Source: Pseudomonadota bacterium (lineage in GTDB: Bacteria; Pseudomonadota; Alphaproteobacteria; JACQOE01). From it: a stretch of DNA of 64,000 nt. Location: NCBI GenBank assembly GCA_016202695.1, contig JACQOE010000029.1:61332-125331 (forward strand), in the 5' to 3' direction. Both the position numbers and the translations under genes were made by a program. Positions 52,548-62,795 of the stretch are shown here, one piece after another (the first letter of the stretch is position 1; every line of letters begins with the position of its first letter). The notes under the pieces are model-generated. The model was not told where the DNA came from and made no database searches. It saw nothing but the letters and a program-made list of their open reading frames with translations.

Positions 52548-53954
52548 ATGAGTGAGCGAGCGGCCCTCGGGATCAAGCTGCCGCCGGCCGCGGCGGCGGG
52601 GACTGCGGCCCCCCTCGGCATCTGGGCGCCGCTCGCCGACTCCGCGGACGCGCGGCCGGCCGTCCCCAGCCTCGCCGAGGTCTACCGGAGCATCCCCGTC
52701 GCCCGTGACGCGCCCTTCTGGCGCCGGGCGATCGCCTTCGCCGGGCCCGGTTACCTAGTTGCCGTCGGCTACATGGACCCCGGCAACTGGGCGACCGACA
52801 TCGCCGGCGGCTCGGCCTTCGGCTATACGCTGCTTTCGGCGGTGCTGCTGGCCAGCCTGCTCGCCATCCTCTTCCAGGCGCTCGCCGCCAAGCTCGGCAT
52901 CGCCACCGGGCTCGATCTCGCCCAGGCCTGCCGGCGCCATTACAGCCGGCCAGTGGCGCATGCCCTCTGGCTCTTGGCCGAGACCGCGATCTGCGCCACC
53001 GACCTCGCCGAGGTGATCGGCACCGCGGTCGCGCTCAACCTCCTGTTCGGCATCCCGATCCTGGCCGGGGTCGTGATCACCGCGCTCGACGTGCTCCTGA
53101 TCCTCGCCCTTCAGGCCCGCGGCTTTCGCCACCTCGAGGCCTTCGTGATGACGCTCCTGGTGATCATCGCCGGCTGCTTCGCCTTCCAGGTGGCGCTCTC
53201 GCGCCCCGATCTCGCCGCCCTGTTCGGCGGCTTCCTGCCCTCGGCCGAGGTGGTGCGCAACCCGGCGATGCTTTACATCGCCATCGGCATCCTCGGCGCC
53301 ACCGTGATGCCCCACAACCTCTACCTCCACTCCGCGATCGTGCAGACGCGGGGCTTCGAGGAGAGCGAGCGCGGCCGGCGCGACGCGATCCGCCTCGCCA
53401 CCGTCGACAGCACCATCGCGCTCAGCCTCGCCCTGGTCATCAACGCCAGCATCCTGATCGTCGCCGCGGCCGCGTTCCATGCCGCCGGCCAGACCGAGGT
53501 GACCGAGATCCACCAGGCCTACGGGATGCTGGCGCCGCTCCTCGGCGTGCCGGCGGCCGCCACCGCCTTTGCCGTGGCCCTGCTCGCCGCCGGACAGAAC
53601 TCGACGGTGACCGGCACGCTCGCCGGCCAGGTGGTGATGGAGGGGTTCCTCGACATCCGCCTGCCGCCCTGGCTCAGACGCCTCGTGACCCGCGCGATTG
53701 CGATCGTCCCGGCGGTGGCGGTGACGGCGCTCTACGGCGAGAGCGGCACGGCCAAGCTCCTGATCCTGAGCCAGGTGGTGCTCAGCCTCCAGCTCCCCTT
53801 CGCGGTGGTGCCGCTGGTGCTGTTCACGAGCGACCGCGCCAAGATGGGCCGATTCGTGAACCGGCGCTGGCTCGCCCTGCTCGCCTTCGCCGCGGCGAGC
53901 GTGATAATTGCGCTCAACGTGAAGCTGGTGGCCGATTTCGCCGGCGCCCTCTGA
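52548..53954 (+). CDS. mntH: NRAMP-family divalent metal (Mn2+/Fe2+) transporter
   Basis: [17 protein letters not shown] signature, 11-12 TM. Confidence 0.9.
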   Translation: MSERAALGIKLPPAAAAGTAAPLGIWAPLADSADARPAVPSLAEVYRSIPVARDAPFWRRAIAFAGPGYLVAVGYMDPGNWATDIAGGSAFGYTLLSAVLLASLLAILFQALAAKLGIATGLDLAQACRRHYSRPVAHALWLLAETAICATDLAEVIGTAVALNLLFGIPILAGVVITALDVLLILALQARGFRHLEAFVMTLLVIIAGCFAFQVALSRPDLAALFGGFLPSAEVVRNPAMLYIAIGILGATVMPHNLYLHSAIVQTRGFEESERGRRDAIRLATVDSTIALSLALVINASILIVAAAAFHAAGQTEVTEIHQAYGMLAPLLGVPAAATAFAVALLAAGQNSTVTGTLAGQVVMEGFLDIRLPPWLRRLVTRAIAIVPAVAVTALYGESGTAKLLILSQVVLSLQLPFAVVPLVLFTSDRAKMGRFVNRRWLALLAFAAASVIIALNVKLVADFAGAL

Positions 53955-53986
53955 GCGACGGCCGGGCCGCGGCCGGTGCGGGCACC

Positions 53987-54697
53987 TCAGCCCAGCCCCT
54001 TGGCCGGCTCCTTGGAAACCGGGCGCCGGGAGGGGGCCTCGCCGTAACCGGCATGGGCGGCGGCGCGCACCCCGTTCGGCTTCTCGTTCCGGCAGTGAAT
54101 GACGGTGAAGAGCCCGAACGGGTTGACGGTCCGCATCCCGCGCACATGGATCTCGTCGGGGTCGATGAAGGAATCGAGGTTGAAGTCGGGATGCCAGCCG
54201 AGGCGGCCGGAGAAGGGCGCCATCGCCTTCTCGATCGCCGCCCGGACCCCCCTCCTGGCGGCGAAGTGATTGCAGATCAGAATGTCGCCCCCGGGCACGC
54301 ACACCCGCCGCATCTCGCGCAGCAGCCGCTGCGGATTGGGAACGACCGAGGCGGTGTAGAGGGCGACGACGACGTCGAAGGCGGCGTCGCGAAAGGTCAG
54401 GTTCTCGGCGTCCATCTCAAGAAGAGCCTCGACGTGGCCGAGCTTGAGCCGCTCGACCCGCCGGCGCGCGATCGCAAGCATCTCGGCCGAGATGTCGATC
54501 CCGACCACCCGGCAGTCGGGCCGGTACTCGGGTAGCGACAGCCCCGTGCCCACCCCTACTTCAAGGATGCGCCGGCCAGCGATGCGGTTGGCCGCGGCCA
54601 GGGTGGCACGTCGACCGGGCTTCACGAGATTGCCAAAGAAGGTATCGTAGTGGCGCGCGTAACGGCCGTAGGCTGACTTGATCGCGTCTAGGTCCAT
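53987..54697 (-). CDS. Class I SAM-dependent methyltransferase (PmtA-like)
   Basis: ILEVGVGTG SAM-binding motif I; overall similarity to phospholipid N-methyltransferases. Confidence 0.75.
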   Translation of the reverse strand: MDLDAIKSAYGRYARHYDTFFGNLVKPGRRATLAAANRIAGRRILEVGVGTGLSLPEYRPDCRVVGIDISAEMLAIARRRVERLKLGHVEALLEMDAENLTFRDAAFDVVVALYTASVVPNPQRLLREMRRVCVPGGDILICNHFAARRGVRAAIEKAMAPFSGRLGWHPDFNLDSFIDPDEIHVRGMRTVNPFGLFTVIHCRNEKPNGVRAAAHAGYGEAPSRRPVSKEPAKGLG

Positions 54698-54878
54698 CTA
54701 TCATGTGAACCGCGTCGAGGCGCCCGGCCTGCCCCCCGCCCCCGGCAGGCCATATCTTGGCATCCCCCCTCAGTCCCCCTTGCTGTTGACGCAGAAACGA
54801 TTGAATCCCTAGGGTTTATATAAGATGCCCCTCGGTCGAAAAGCAACCATTATCCATGTCCCGGGGCCCCGCACCGCC

Positions 54879-55496
54879 TTAGCCAGCGACCCCGAGCGCC
54901 GCGCGCAGCCGGTTCTTGAGGAACCCGCCCTCGACCGGCGGCAGAACCAGGGGAACCCGCCGCCAGGCGACCTTGGCGCAGACGAAGGCCGGCCCGGGCG
55001 CCGCGCGCAGAAGCTGCACCGCCCGTTCGACCTCCCCCTCCCCGGCGATGGTCAACGCCTCGCGGAAGCCCGCTCCAGCGGCGATCCCGGCGAGGTCGGC
55101 GCCGTGGCCGGTGTGCGAAACCTGGCCGCCGGTCTCGCCATAGACCTGATTGTCGAGCACCAGCACCGCCAGGTTCGACGGCCGGCGGACCGAAACCGAG
55201 GCGAGCGCGCCCATTCCCATCAGCATCTCGCCGTCGCCGGTGAGCACGAGCACCCGTCGCTCCGGCCGGGCGAGGGCGAGGCCGAGCCCGATCATCACCG
55301 CCGAGCCCATCGCCCCCCAGAGATAGAAGTTGAGCGGATGATCGCCCGCCGCGGCGAGGTCCCAGGCGGGCGATCCGAGCCCGGCGACGACCACCTCGTC
55401 GCTGCGCCCAGCGACCAGCCGCGCAACGAGGGCCCGGCGATCGAGCGCCGGCTGCTTCTCAACGGTCACGGATGACCCCCCGATCTGTCGACTCAA
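54879..55496 (-). CDS. Thiamine-diphosphate-binding domain protein (sulfopyruvate/phosphonopyruvate decarboxylase beta-subunit-like)
   Basis: TPP motif LTGDGEMLMGMG...LDNQVYGETGGQ. Confidence 0.7.
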   Translation of the reverse strand: MSRQIGGSSVTVEKQPALDRRALVARLVAGRSDEVVVAGLGSPAWDLAAAGDHPLNFYLWGAMGSAVMIGLGLALARPERRVLVLTGDGEMLMGMGALASVSVRRPSNLAVLVLDNQVYGETGGQVSHTGHGADLAGIAAGAGFREALTIAGEGEVERAVQLLRAAPGPAFVCAKVAWRRVPLVLPPVEGGFLKNRLRAALGVAG

Positions 55497-55559
55497 CTGG
55501 CCGGCTTAGCAGAGATTGGCGGGCCAAGGCAACCGGCCGCCCGGGGGTCGAGGCCGCCG

Positions 55560-57344
55560 CTAAAGCGGCCAGACCCAGAGGATCATCGGCACCGCCACCG
55601 CGACGACGAGCCCATCCAGGGGAAGCCCCATCCGCCAGTAGTCCCCGAATCGGTAGCCGCCCGGCCCCATCACCAGCGTGTTGTTCTGATGGCCGATCGG
55701 GGTGAGGAACGCGCACGACGCCCCCACCGCCACCGCCATCAGGAAGGGATCGGGACTCACGCCCAGGGCGGCCGCCAAGTCGACCCCGATCGGCGCCATC
55801 ACCACCGCCGTCGCCGCATTGTTCATGACGTCGGTCAACGCCATGGTCGCGATCATCAGCCCCCCGATCATCATCGCCGGCGGCACCTCCCCGGCGCCGG
55901 CGAGGATCGTTCGCGCGATCACGGCGGTCGCGCCGGTCGACTCGAGCGCGCCGCCGAGCGGGATCATCGAGCCCAGGAGCACGATCACCGGCCAGTCGAT
56001 GGCCTGGTAGAAGACGCGCGGCGGCACCACGCGCAACAGCGCCATCAGCGCCACCGCGGCCGAGAACGCGACCGCGACCGGCAACAGCCCGAGCGCGGTG
56101 AGCGCGAGCGCGCCAGCGAACACCAGCGCCGGCACCGTCGCCCGCCGGGAGGCTCCCACCCGCACCCCGCGCTCGGCGAGCGGCAAGAGGCCGGAGCCGG
56201 AGGCGAGCTCGGCCAGCGCCTCCTCCTCGCCCTGCAGGAGAAGCACGTCACCGGCCCGGAATCGCACGTTGCGCAGCCGCGCGCCGACCCGGCGCCCCTG
56301 CCGGGCGATGGCAAGCAGGTTGACGCCGAAGCGGGTGCGAAGCCTCAGGCCCAAGGGGCTCTGTCCCTCCAGCGGCGAGTCGGGCGCGACCACCGCCTCG
56401 ATCAACTGGATCTCGTCGGAGCGGAGCGTCTCGGCGGTCACCTTCTCGTCGCCGACGAGCTCGAGGCCGGTGCGCTTGAGGAGCGCGTCCAGGTCCTCCG
56501 GGTTGGCCTCGAGGATCAACACGTCGCCGGCGCGGATCGGCTCGAAGCGGACGCGCCCGAGAAGCCGGCGCTCGCCCCGCACCAAGCCGAGCACGAACAC
56601 CTCGCCCTCCCCCACCTCGCGCTCGATCACCCGCAGGTCCTCGCCCTCGAGCTTCGAGCCCTCGGGCACGCGCACCTCGGTGACGTAGCCGCCGATGTCG
56701 AAGGCATCGGCGAGCGCGCCCTTGGCCCGTCGTCCCCGGTGCGGGATCAGCCGCCAGCCGACCAGGGTGACGAAGAGCACGCCGGCGATCGCGACCGCCA
56801 GCCCGACGGGCGCGAAGTCGAAGATGCGGAAGGGCTCGCCCGCCACGCCCGCCCGGACGCTGGCGATGATGATGTTGGGCGGCGTGCCGATCTGGGTGAT
56901 CAGCCCGCCGAGGATCGCCGCGAAGGCGAGCGGCATCAGCACCACCGCCGGCGATCGCCCCGCCTTAGCCGAGGTCCGCAACGCGACCGGCATCAGAAGG
57001 GCGAGCGCGCCGACGTTGTTCATGAAGGCCGAAAGCGCCATGGCGACGAGGCCGAGCGCGGTGACATGCAGCGCGGGACGGGCGGCCAAGGGCGCGATCC
57101 GGCGCGCGAGCGGATCGAGCGCGCCCGAGTGGGCGAGCGCCCGGCTGATCACCAGCACCATCGCCACCGTCACCACCGCGGGATGGCCGAAGCCGAGGAA
57201 GGCGTCGGCCGCGGGAACGACGCCGGCGAGCACGCCGGCGATCAGCGCCCCGAACGCGACCAGGTCGTAGCGCCAGCGCCCGACAAAGAACAGGACGAGC
57301 GCGGCGAGGAGGATCAGCAGGATGGCGGCTTGCGCGGCGCTCAT
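55560..57344 (-). CDS. SLC13/DASS-family anion permease with two central TrkA-C domains
   Basis: Start at internal Met (MSAAQAAILLILL...), ATGA overlap with upstream transporter; TM-TrkA_C-TrkA_C-TM architecture. Confidence 0.85.
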   Translation of the reverse strand: MSAAQAAILLILLAALVLFFVGRWRYDLVAFGALIAGVLAGVVPAADAFLGFGHPAVVTVAMVLVISRALAHSGALDPLARRIAPLAARPALHVTALGLVAMALSAFMNNVGALALLMPVALRTSAKAGRSPAVVLMPLAFAAILGGLITQIGTPPNIIIASVRAGVAGEPFRIFDFAPVGLAVAIAGVLFVTLVGWRLIPHRGRRAKGALADAFDIGGYVTEVRVPEGSKLEGEDLRVIEREVGEGEVFVLGLVRGERRLLGRVRFEPIRAGDVLILEANPEDLDALLKRTGLELVGDEKVTAETLRSDEIQLIEAVVAPDSPLEGQSPLGLRLRTRFGVNLLAIARQGRRVGARLRNVRFRAGDVLLLQGEEEALAELASGSGLLPLAERGVRVGASRRATVPALVFAGALALTALGLLPVAVAFSAAVALMALLRVVPPRVFYQAIDWPVIVLLGSMIPLGGALESTGATAVIARTILAGAGEVPPAMMIGGLMIATMALTDVMNNAATAVVMAPIGVDLAAALGVSPDPFLMAVAVGASCAFLTPIGHQNNTLVMGPGGYRFGDYWRMGLPLDGLVVAVAVPMILWVWPL

Positions 57345-58813
57345 GATCGCGAGGCGTCCTCCTGGCCGAGGGCGGGCACCGGCCGGGCAGCGAACCAGGT
57401 GCGGCGAAGCCGCGCCGCGCCCGCCAGGTAGCCCGTGGTGCAGAGCGCGAGCCCGAAGACGTTGACGCCGAGGTCGTCGGCGTAGGCGCCGACGCCGAGG
57501 TCGATCCAGGCGGGCATGATCTCGAGCCCGGCAGCCCCCTCCAACGTCATGATTGCGCCGAGCGCGATCCCCGGCCAGAAGGCGAGGTGGAAGCTCGCCC
57601 GTCTGGCGGTCGGGAGGAAGGAGAGGAGGAAGATGGGCGCGAGCCCCATCATCATCGTCCCCGAGATGGTGGTCGCGGCGATGATCGCCGGGCCGGCCCT
57701 GTCGCCGAGATAGATGCCGAGAAGCGGCAAGTTGCCGGCGACGGCGATGGCGATCATCACCCACCGACCGATGCGCTTCTCGCGCTCGCCCGGGTCGGCG
57801 GCGACGTTGCCCCAGTCCCGCGCCGCGAGCTTGGCCGAACTGGCGAAGGTGGAATCCAGGGTCGAGCCGGCACTGGTCAGCATGATGGCGTTGAACACGA
57901 GAAGCATCGGCAGGCCGAACGCGGTCGGCACCGCCACCGCCGCCGCGCCCGAGAGCCCGAGCGCGCGGGCATACACGCCGACCAGCGAGAAGAGGACGAT
58001 GAAGGCGCCGCCGATCAGCCCAGCGAGCACGAATCCGGCGAGCATGGTCCGGGGCCGGGTGAGGAACCCGCGATCGGTGAGCACCGGGTCGTGGAAGGGA
58101 TAGCTCAGCACCTGCACCGCGGCGAGGGCGGCGAAGGTGAGCCCGGCCAAGCCCACCTCGGGGGCCACCGCAGGAAGCCCCTGCGCCGCCAGCGGCGGCA
58201 TGACCACGATCAGGATCACGACCAGCAGCACGGCGGCCATCACCATCTGCCCGCCATCGGTGACCAGACTCGATCGCAGCCCCCCGACCCAGCTGTAATA
58301 GAGGGTGAAGCCGGTGATCGCGGCCACCGCGATCCAGTACTCGAGGCTCCCTTCCGCCCCGAAGTAGAGCGCGCCCACCTTGGTGTTCGACCACACCTCG
58401 TTGAAGAGCCGGATCGCGACCGCAACCAGGAAGAACCGCGCCGCGACGGGCCCGTACTTGGCGACCAGGAAGGCGGAGAGCGAGGCGTGGCCGCCGCGGG
58501 CGCGGATGAGGTAGATCGCCAGCCCGGCGACGAGGAAGCTCAGGTAATAGACACCGTAGCCGACGCCGCCGACCAGACCGAAAGCCTTGCCGAGGTCGGC
58601 AGCGTTGGCGATCGACTTGGCGAAGATCCAGGTGATCGCGGCGCTGAAAACCAAGAGCCAGAGGCCGGGCTCCGCGCCCGCCTCGGAGCGACCGGCGAAG
58701 AATTGCACCGGCGAGGCGCGCCGCGGGCTCATCGCCCAGACCAGAAGCCCGTAACCGACGAGCACCGCCCAGGGCGCCGCCATCACGGCAAGCGCGGGAT
58801 CAAGATGAGTCAT
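57341..58813 (-). CDS. Sodium:solute symporter (SSS) family transporter
   Basis: 13-TM profile, GGLRS..TD motif region. Confidence 0.7.
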   Translation of the reverse strand: MTHLDPALAVMAAPWAVLVGYGLLVWAMSPRRASPVQFFAGRSEAGAEPGLWLLVFSAAITWIFAKSIANAADLGKAFGLVGGVGYGVYYLSFLVAGLAIYLIRARGGHASLSAFLVAKYGPVAARFFLVAVAIRLFNEVWSNTKVGALYFGAEGSLEYWIAVAAITGFTLYYSWVGGLRSSLVTDGGQMVMAAVLLVVILIVVMPPLAAQGLPAVAPEVGLAGLTFAALAAVQVLSYPFHDPVLTDRGFLTRPRTMLAGFVLAGLIGGAFIVLFSLVGVYARALGLSGAAAVAVPTAFGLPMLLVFNAIMLTSAGSTLDSTFASSAKLAARDWGNVAADPGEREKRIGRWVMIAIAVAGNLPLLGIYLGDRAGPAIIAATTISGTMMMGLAPIFLLSFLPTARRASFHLAFWPGIALGAIMTLEGAAGLEIMPAWIDLGVGAYADDLGVNVFGLALCTTGYLAGAARLRRTWFAARPVPALGQEDASRS

Positions 58814-58947
58814 GCCGGCCCCTTACCTCCTTCGTCGACTCCGTCGCCCCGCTATTAGTCGGAAGTTCCCGCCCGCCTCAGCAACACACGAAGGTGTGAT
58901 CGGGGGCACGCTTTTCCGCCCCCGGCGACATTTGAGATACTGAGGCG

Positions 58948-59886
58948 GTGAGTGGTCAACTGCGATCTCCGCCGTCCGCGTGCCGGGCCGACTCGTCCCG
59001 CGACCTCGGTCGGATCGAGGCGCCCGTGCTCGTCTTCGGCGGCCCCTACGGCAACCGCGAGGCGACCGAGACGCTGATCGAGGAGGCGGAGAGGCGTGGC
59101 GTTCCGCCCGCGCGCATGATCTGCACCGGCGACGTCGCCGCCTACTGCGCCGATCCGCAGGCGGTGGCCGATCTCCTTCGCCGGCTCGGCGTCCCGGTGG
59201 TGAGGGGCAACTGCGACGAGGCGCTCGGCCTCGGCGCCGAGTCCTGCGACTGCGGATTCGCCGAGGGAACCGCCTGCGACCTCCTTGCCCGGCGCTGGTA
59301 CGCCTACTCGGCGGCTGCGCTCGACGCAGCGGCCAAGGCGTGGATGCGGGCCTTGCCCAACGCCATTCGCTTCGAGATGGCGGGACGGCGCCTGCACGTC
59401 GCCCACGGGACGCCCTCGCGCGCCAACGCCTTCGTCTTCGCCTCCACCCCCGCCGCCGAAAAGGAGGCCGAGGTCGCGCGCGCGGACGCCGATGCGGTGA
59501 TCGCCGGCCATGCCGGCATCCCCTTCACCCAGGTCCTCGGCTCCCGCCTCTGGCACAACGCCGGCGCGATCGGGATGCCGGCCAACGACGGCACGCCGCG
59601 GGTGTGGTTCAGCTTCTTCGTGCCCGAGGGCGGGCACATCCGGATCGAGCACCGGGCGCTCGGCTACGATCACACCGGGGCGGCCGCCAAGATGCGCGCC
59701 GCCGGCCTGTCCGAGGGCTACGCCGCCGCGCTCGAGAGCGGCCTCTGGCCGAGCCTGGACGTACTGCCGCCGGCCGAGCGCGCGGGGCAGGGCCAAGCGC
59801 TCGCCTTCGCGCCCCTCCTGTGGCCGGCCGCCCCCGAGCCGGGCCGCGCCCCGCGCCCAAACGCGCCCGCGGCGAGCGCGCCCTAG
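58948..59886 (+). CDS. Metallophosphoesterase (calcineurin-like) family protein
   Basis: GDVAAY...GNCDE...HVAHGTP...AGHAGIP motif series. Confidence 0.7.
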   Translation: MSGQLRSPPSACRADSSRDLGRIEAPVLVFGGPYGNREATETLIEEAERRGVPPARMICTGDVAAYCADPQAVADLLRRLGVPVVRGNCDEALGLGAESCDCGFAEGTACDLLARRWYAYSAAALDAAAKAWMRALPNAIRFEMAGRRLHVAHGTPSRANAFVFASTPAAEKEAEVARADADAVIAGHAGIPFTQVLGSRLWHNAGAIGMPANDGTPRVWFSFFVPEGGHIRIEHRALGYDHTGAAAKMRAAGLSEGYAAALESGLWPSLDVLPPAERAGQGQALAFAPLLWPAAPEPGRAPRPNAPAASAP

Positions 59887-59901
59887 GCGCCAGACGCGCG
59901 G

Positions 59902-60597
59902 TCAGGTCGTCTCCCGGGCCTTCGCCCGCGAGGTCGCCAGCCAGCGCCGGAGCACGAACCAGAGTGCGACTCCGCCGGCGAGGAGCCCGGCCCACGCCTC
60001 CCACGACAGATGGTCGTAGTGGTCGCCCATCAGCACCATGAGCACAGTCATGGGCAGGATGCCGATGCCGGTCGTCCAGGCAAAGGTCCACCACGAGATC
60101 GGAGTGAGGCCGGCGGCATAATTGATCAGGTTGAACGAGATGACCGGCACGAAGCGGGCGAGGAGCAGGACGTCGGCCCCGTGGCGCGCCGCCCAGGCGT
60201 CGACGACGTGCCAGTTCTTCTCCGAGACCACGATCTCGACGAACGGCCGCCCCAGCGCCCGCGACAGCGCGAAGGCCAGGAAGGCGCCGAGCATCGCGCT
60301 CCCCCAGGTGATCACGGTGCCCCAGAGGGGGCCGTAGATCATGCCGTTGGCGAGCGAGATGACCTCGGCCGGAAACGGGATGAAGGAGTGGATCACCATC
60401 AGGATAACCGAGACCGCGACCCCCCATCCGCCCCAGGAGCGGATCTCGGCCTCGACCGCCTTGGCCGAGAACTCCTCCTCGAGCCCCATATAGAGCCAGC
60501 CGAGCGCGCCGGCCGCCATGACCGCGATCACGGCCAGCAGCAGCGCCCCGATGGCGCGCGCGAACCGCCGCTTCCGGCGCGAGACAGGCTGGCTCAT
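59902..60597 (-). CDS. TVP38/TMEM64 (DedA-superfamily) membrane protein
   Basis: Conserved ...FIPFPAEVISLANGMIYG... SNARE-assoc domain. Confidence 0.85.
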   Translation of the reverse strand: MSQPVSRRKRRFARAIGALLLAVIAVMAAGALGWLYMGLEEEFSAKAVEAEIRSWGGWGVAVSVILMVIHSFIPFPAEVISLANGMIYGPLWGTVITWGSAMLGAFLAFALSRALGRPFVEIVVSEKNWHVVDAWAARHGADVLLLARFVPVISFNLINYAAGLTPISWWTFAWTTGIGILPMTVLMVLMGDHYDHLSWEAWAGLLAGGVALWFVLRRWLATSRAKARETT

Positions 60598-60911
60598 CCG
60601 CGGACCCGTTGCCGGTGGCTCCCGCGGGCGATCCTAGAGCATGATCGTCCCGGATTGAACCGTCTGCGTTGCGTCCCGGCGCGGCGATCCGCCGGGGGCG
60701 ACACGAAGGGCGATGCCCGCGCATCGGCCGAGCGCCGCAATCCGGAGGGCCGGCGCCTTGAGCCGACGGGTTCGTTGAAGGGCTCGTCCGTAGACCGCGG
60801 GCTACCCCCTTTTGCCCGCGTCGCGAAAGTCCTCCGGCGCAGCCGGTTCCACTTGATCGGAGTATGCTCCAGGCGCGACGGCCGCAGCCCAAGGCGAGCA
60901 AGGCCCCATCC

Positions 60912-61463
60912 ATGACCGCCGATCCTGGCTCCGAAGCGACGTCCGCCCCGCCCCTGGTCGAGGTGTGGGACCCGTTCGTGCGACTGTTCCACTGGACCCT
61001 GGTCGCGGCCTACGCGGTCTCGTACCTGACCGGCGACGAGCTGAAGGGCCTGCATGTCGCGGCCGGCTATCTGGTGCTCGGCCTGATCGGAGTGCGGCTG
61101 GTGTGGGGAGTCGTCGGCCCCCGCCTGGCGCGGTTTACGAGCTTCGTCCGCCCGCCGCGCGAGGTGCTCGACTATCTCGGCGCCATGCTGGCGGGACGCG
61201 CGCCCCGCTACCTCGGCCACAATCCGGCGGCGGGCACGATGATCGTGCTACTGCTCGCCCTCCTCACCCTCACCGCCCTCACCGGCATCGCCGCCGAGGG
61301 CGAAGGCATCCTCGCCAAGGCGTTCGAGGAGGTGCACGAGGCGCTGGCCGATCTCAGCCTCGGGCTCGTCGCCCTGCATGTCGCCGGAGTGGCCGCGAGC
61401 AGCCTCTATCACGGCGAGAACTTGGTCAAGGCGATGCTGACGGGGCGCAAGCGCGCCCGCTGA
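60912..61463 (+). CDS. Cytochrome b561 family protein (di-haem b-type, 4 TM)
   Basis: Start at Met17; FVRLFHWTLV...YLGHNPAAG... His ligand pattern. Confidence 0.8.
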   Translation: MTADPGSEATSAPPLVEVWDPFVRLFHWTLVAAYAVSYLTGDELKGLHVAAGYLVLGLIGVRLVWGVVGPRLARFTSFVRPPREVLDYLGAMLAGRAPRYLGHNPAAGTMIVLLLALLTLTALTGIAAEGEGILAKAFEEVHEALADLSLGLVALHVAGVAASSLYHGENLVKAMLTGRKRAR

Positions 61464-61520
61464 GCGAACCGGCAAAAGCCATTCCGTACTTGGCTCCGGC
61501 CGGACTACACTCGCGGCGCC

Positions 61521-62423
61521 ATGCTGGCCCGCCGTTCCTTCCGTGCCGACTTCCGCCCGGTCCCGGCGCCGGTCCAGGGCGCGCTGTGGATGACCGCGGC
61601 CGGCGCGTGCTTCACGGTGATGGCGGTCCTCATCCGGCCGGCGGCGGCCGAGCTGCACACCTTCGAGATCCTGTTCCTGCGCAATCTCTTCGCGCTCATG
61701 CTCATGGCCCCGCTGATGTCGCGCGCGCGCTTCGCCGCGTTACGCGGCCCGCGGCTGCGGCTCTATCTCCTCTGCGGCCTCTTCATGCTGGTATCGATGG
61801 CGACCTGGTTCTACGCCATCCCGCTGATCCCGCTGGTGCAGGCGGTCTCGCTCCACTTCACCACCCCGCTGTTCGTGACCGTGCTGGCGATCCTCGTGCT
61901 CGGCGAGACGGTGGGCGTTCGCCGCTGGAGCGCGGTCGTCCTCGGCTTCGCCGGAGTCATAGTGATCCTGAGACCGGGCATGGCCGAGGTGAGCCCGGCG
62001 AGCCTCCTCGTGCTGGTGAGCACCTTCGCCTGGGCGGTGACCATCATGGTGATCCGCATCCTCACCCGCACCGAGACGGCCCGAAGTATCGTCGGCTACA
62101 TGTTCCTGGTGCTCACCCCCTTCTCGCTGGTTCCCGCGCTCTTCGTCTGGCAGGCGCCGAGCCTGGGCGTGATCGGCGTGATCGCGGCCCTGAGCGCGGC
62201 CGGGGTGGTCGGGCATCTCTGCGCCACCCGCGCCTTCGCGGCGACCGAGACGACCATCGTCATCCCCTTCGAGTACGTGCGGATGCCGATGTTCGCGCTC
62301 ACCGGCTTCCTGTTCTTCGGCGAGGTGCCCGAGGGGTGGACCCTTCTCGGTTCGGCCGTCATCATCGCCGCCGCGATCTACATCGCCCGGCGCGAGGCGC
62401 AAGTCGCGCGCGAGCGCCGATGA
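61521..62423 (+). CDS. DMT-superfamily (EamA) transporter
   Basis: 10 TM, two EamA repeats. Confidence 0.85.
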   Translation: MLARRSFRADFRPVPAPVQGALWMTAAGACFTVMAVLIRPAAAELHTFEILFLRNLFALMLMAPLMSRARFAALRGPRLRLYLLCGLFMLVSMATWFYAIPLIPLVQAVSLHFTTPLFVTVLAILVLGETVGVRRWSAVVLGFAGVIVILRPGMAEVSPASLLVLVSTFAWAVTIMVIRILTRTETARSIVGYMFLVLTPFSLVPALFVWQAPSLGVIGVIAALSAAGVVGHLCATRAFAATETTIVIPFEYVRMPMFALTGFLFFGEVPEGWTLLGSAVIIAAAIYIARREAQVARERR

Positions 62424-62743
62424 GGAAGGCCGCCCGGTCCGCCCCGCGGGGCCGCCACCTTCCGCCGACGGTCGAGCGCGAGCGGGCCGAGGCGATCGCG
62501 CTTGGCGCCCTCGCCTTTCTCGCCGCCGACGGCCACCGGCTGGGCCGCTTCCTTGCCTGGACCGGCATGCCCCCGGCCGATCTCAAGGCGCGAGCGGCCG
62601 AGCCCGCGTTCCTCGGCGGCGTCCTCGACTATCTCCTTGCTCACGAGGCCCTGCTGCTCGCCTTCGCCAGCGAGGCGGGGCTCGCGCCCGAGGAGCCGCG
62701 CGCCGCCCGCGCCCGGCTGCCGGGGGCGCCGCCGCCCGGGTGA
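62420..62743 (+). CDS. DUF3572-like small protein (107 aa), translationally coupled to EamA gene
   Basis: ATGA overlap with EamA stop; in frame inside an otherwise spurious 592-aa track ORF; composition plausible. Confidence 0.5.
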   Translation: MRKAARSAPRGRHLPPTVERERAEAIALGALAFLAADGHRLGRFLAWTGMPPADLKARAAEPAFLGGVLDYLLAHEALLLAFASEAGLAPEEPRAARARLPGAPPPG

Positions 62744-62795
62744 GCCTCCGCTCCGACGAGACGCGCCCGCCGCCGCCAAGCCGAAGGAGGGGACG

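Noticed and set aside
55689-57431. 580-aa plus-strand ORF antisense to the DASS/TrkA-C transporter
   Set aside because: His/Arg/Asp/Gly-rich; the sense strand encodes a coherent multi-TM transporter.
60965-62419. First 485 codons of the 592-aa plus-strand track ORF overlapping the cyt b561 and EamA genes
   Set aside because: Out of frame with both well-supported genes and R/P/G-rich; only its last 107 codons (DUF3572-like, ATGA-coupled) are kept.
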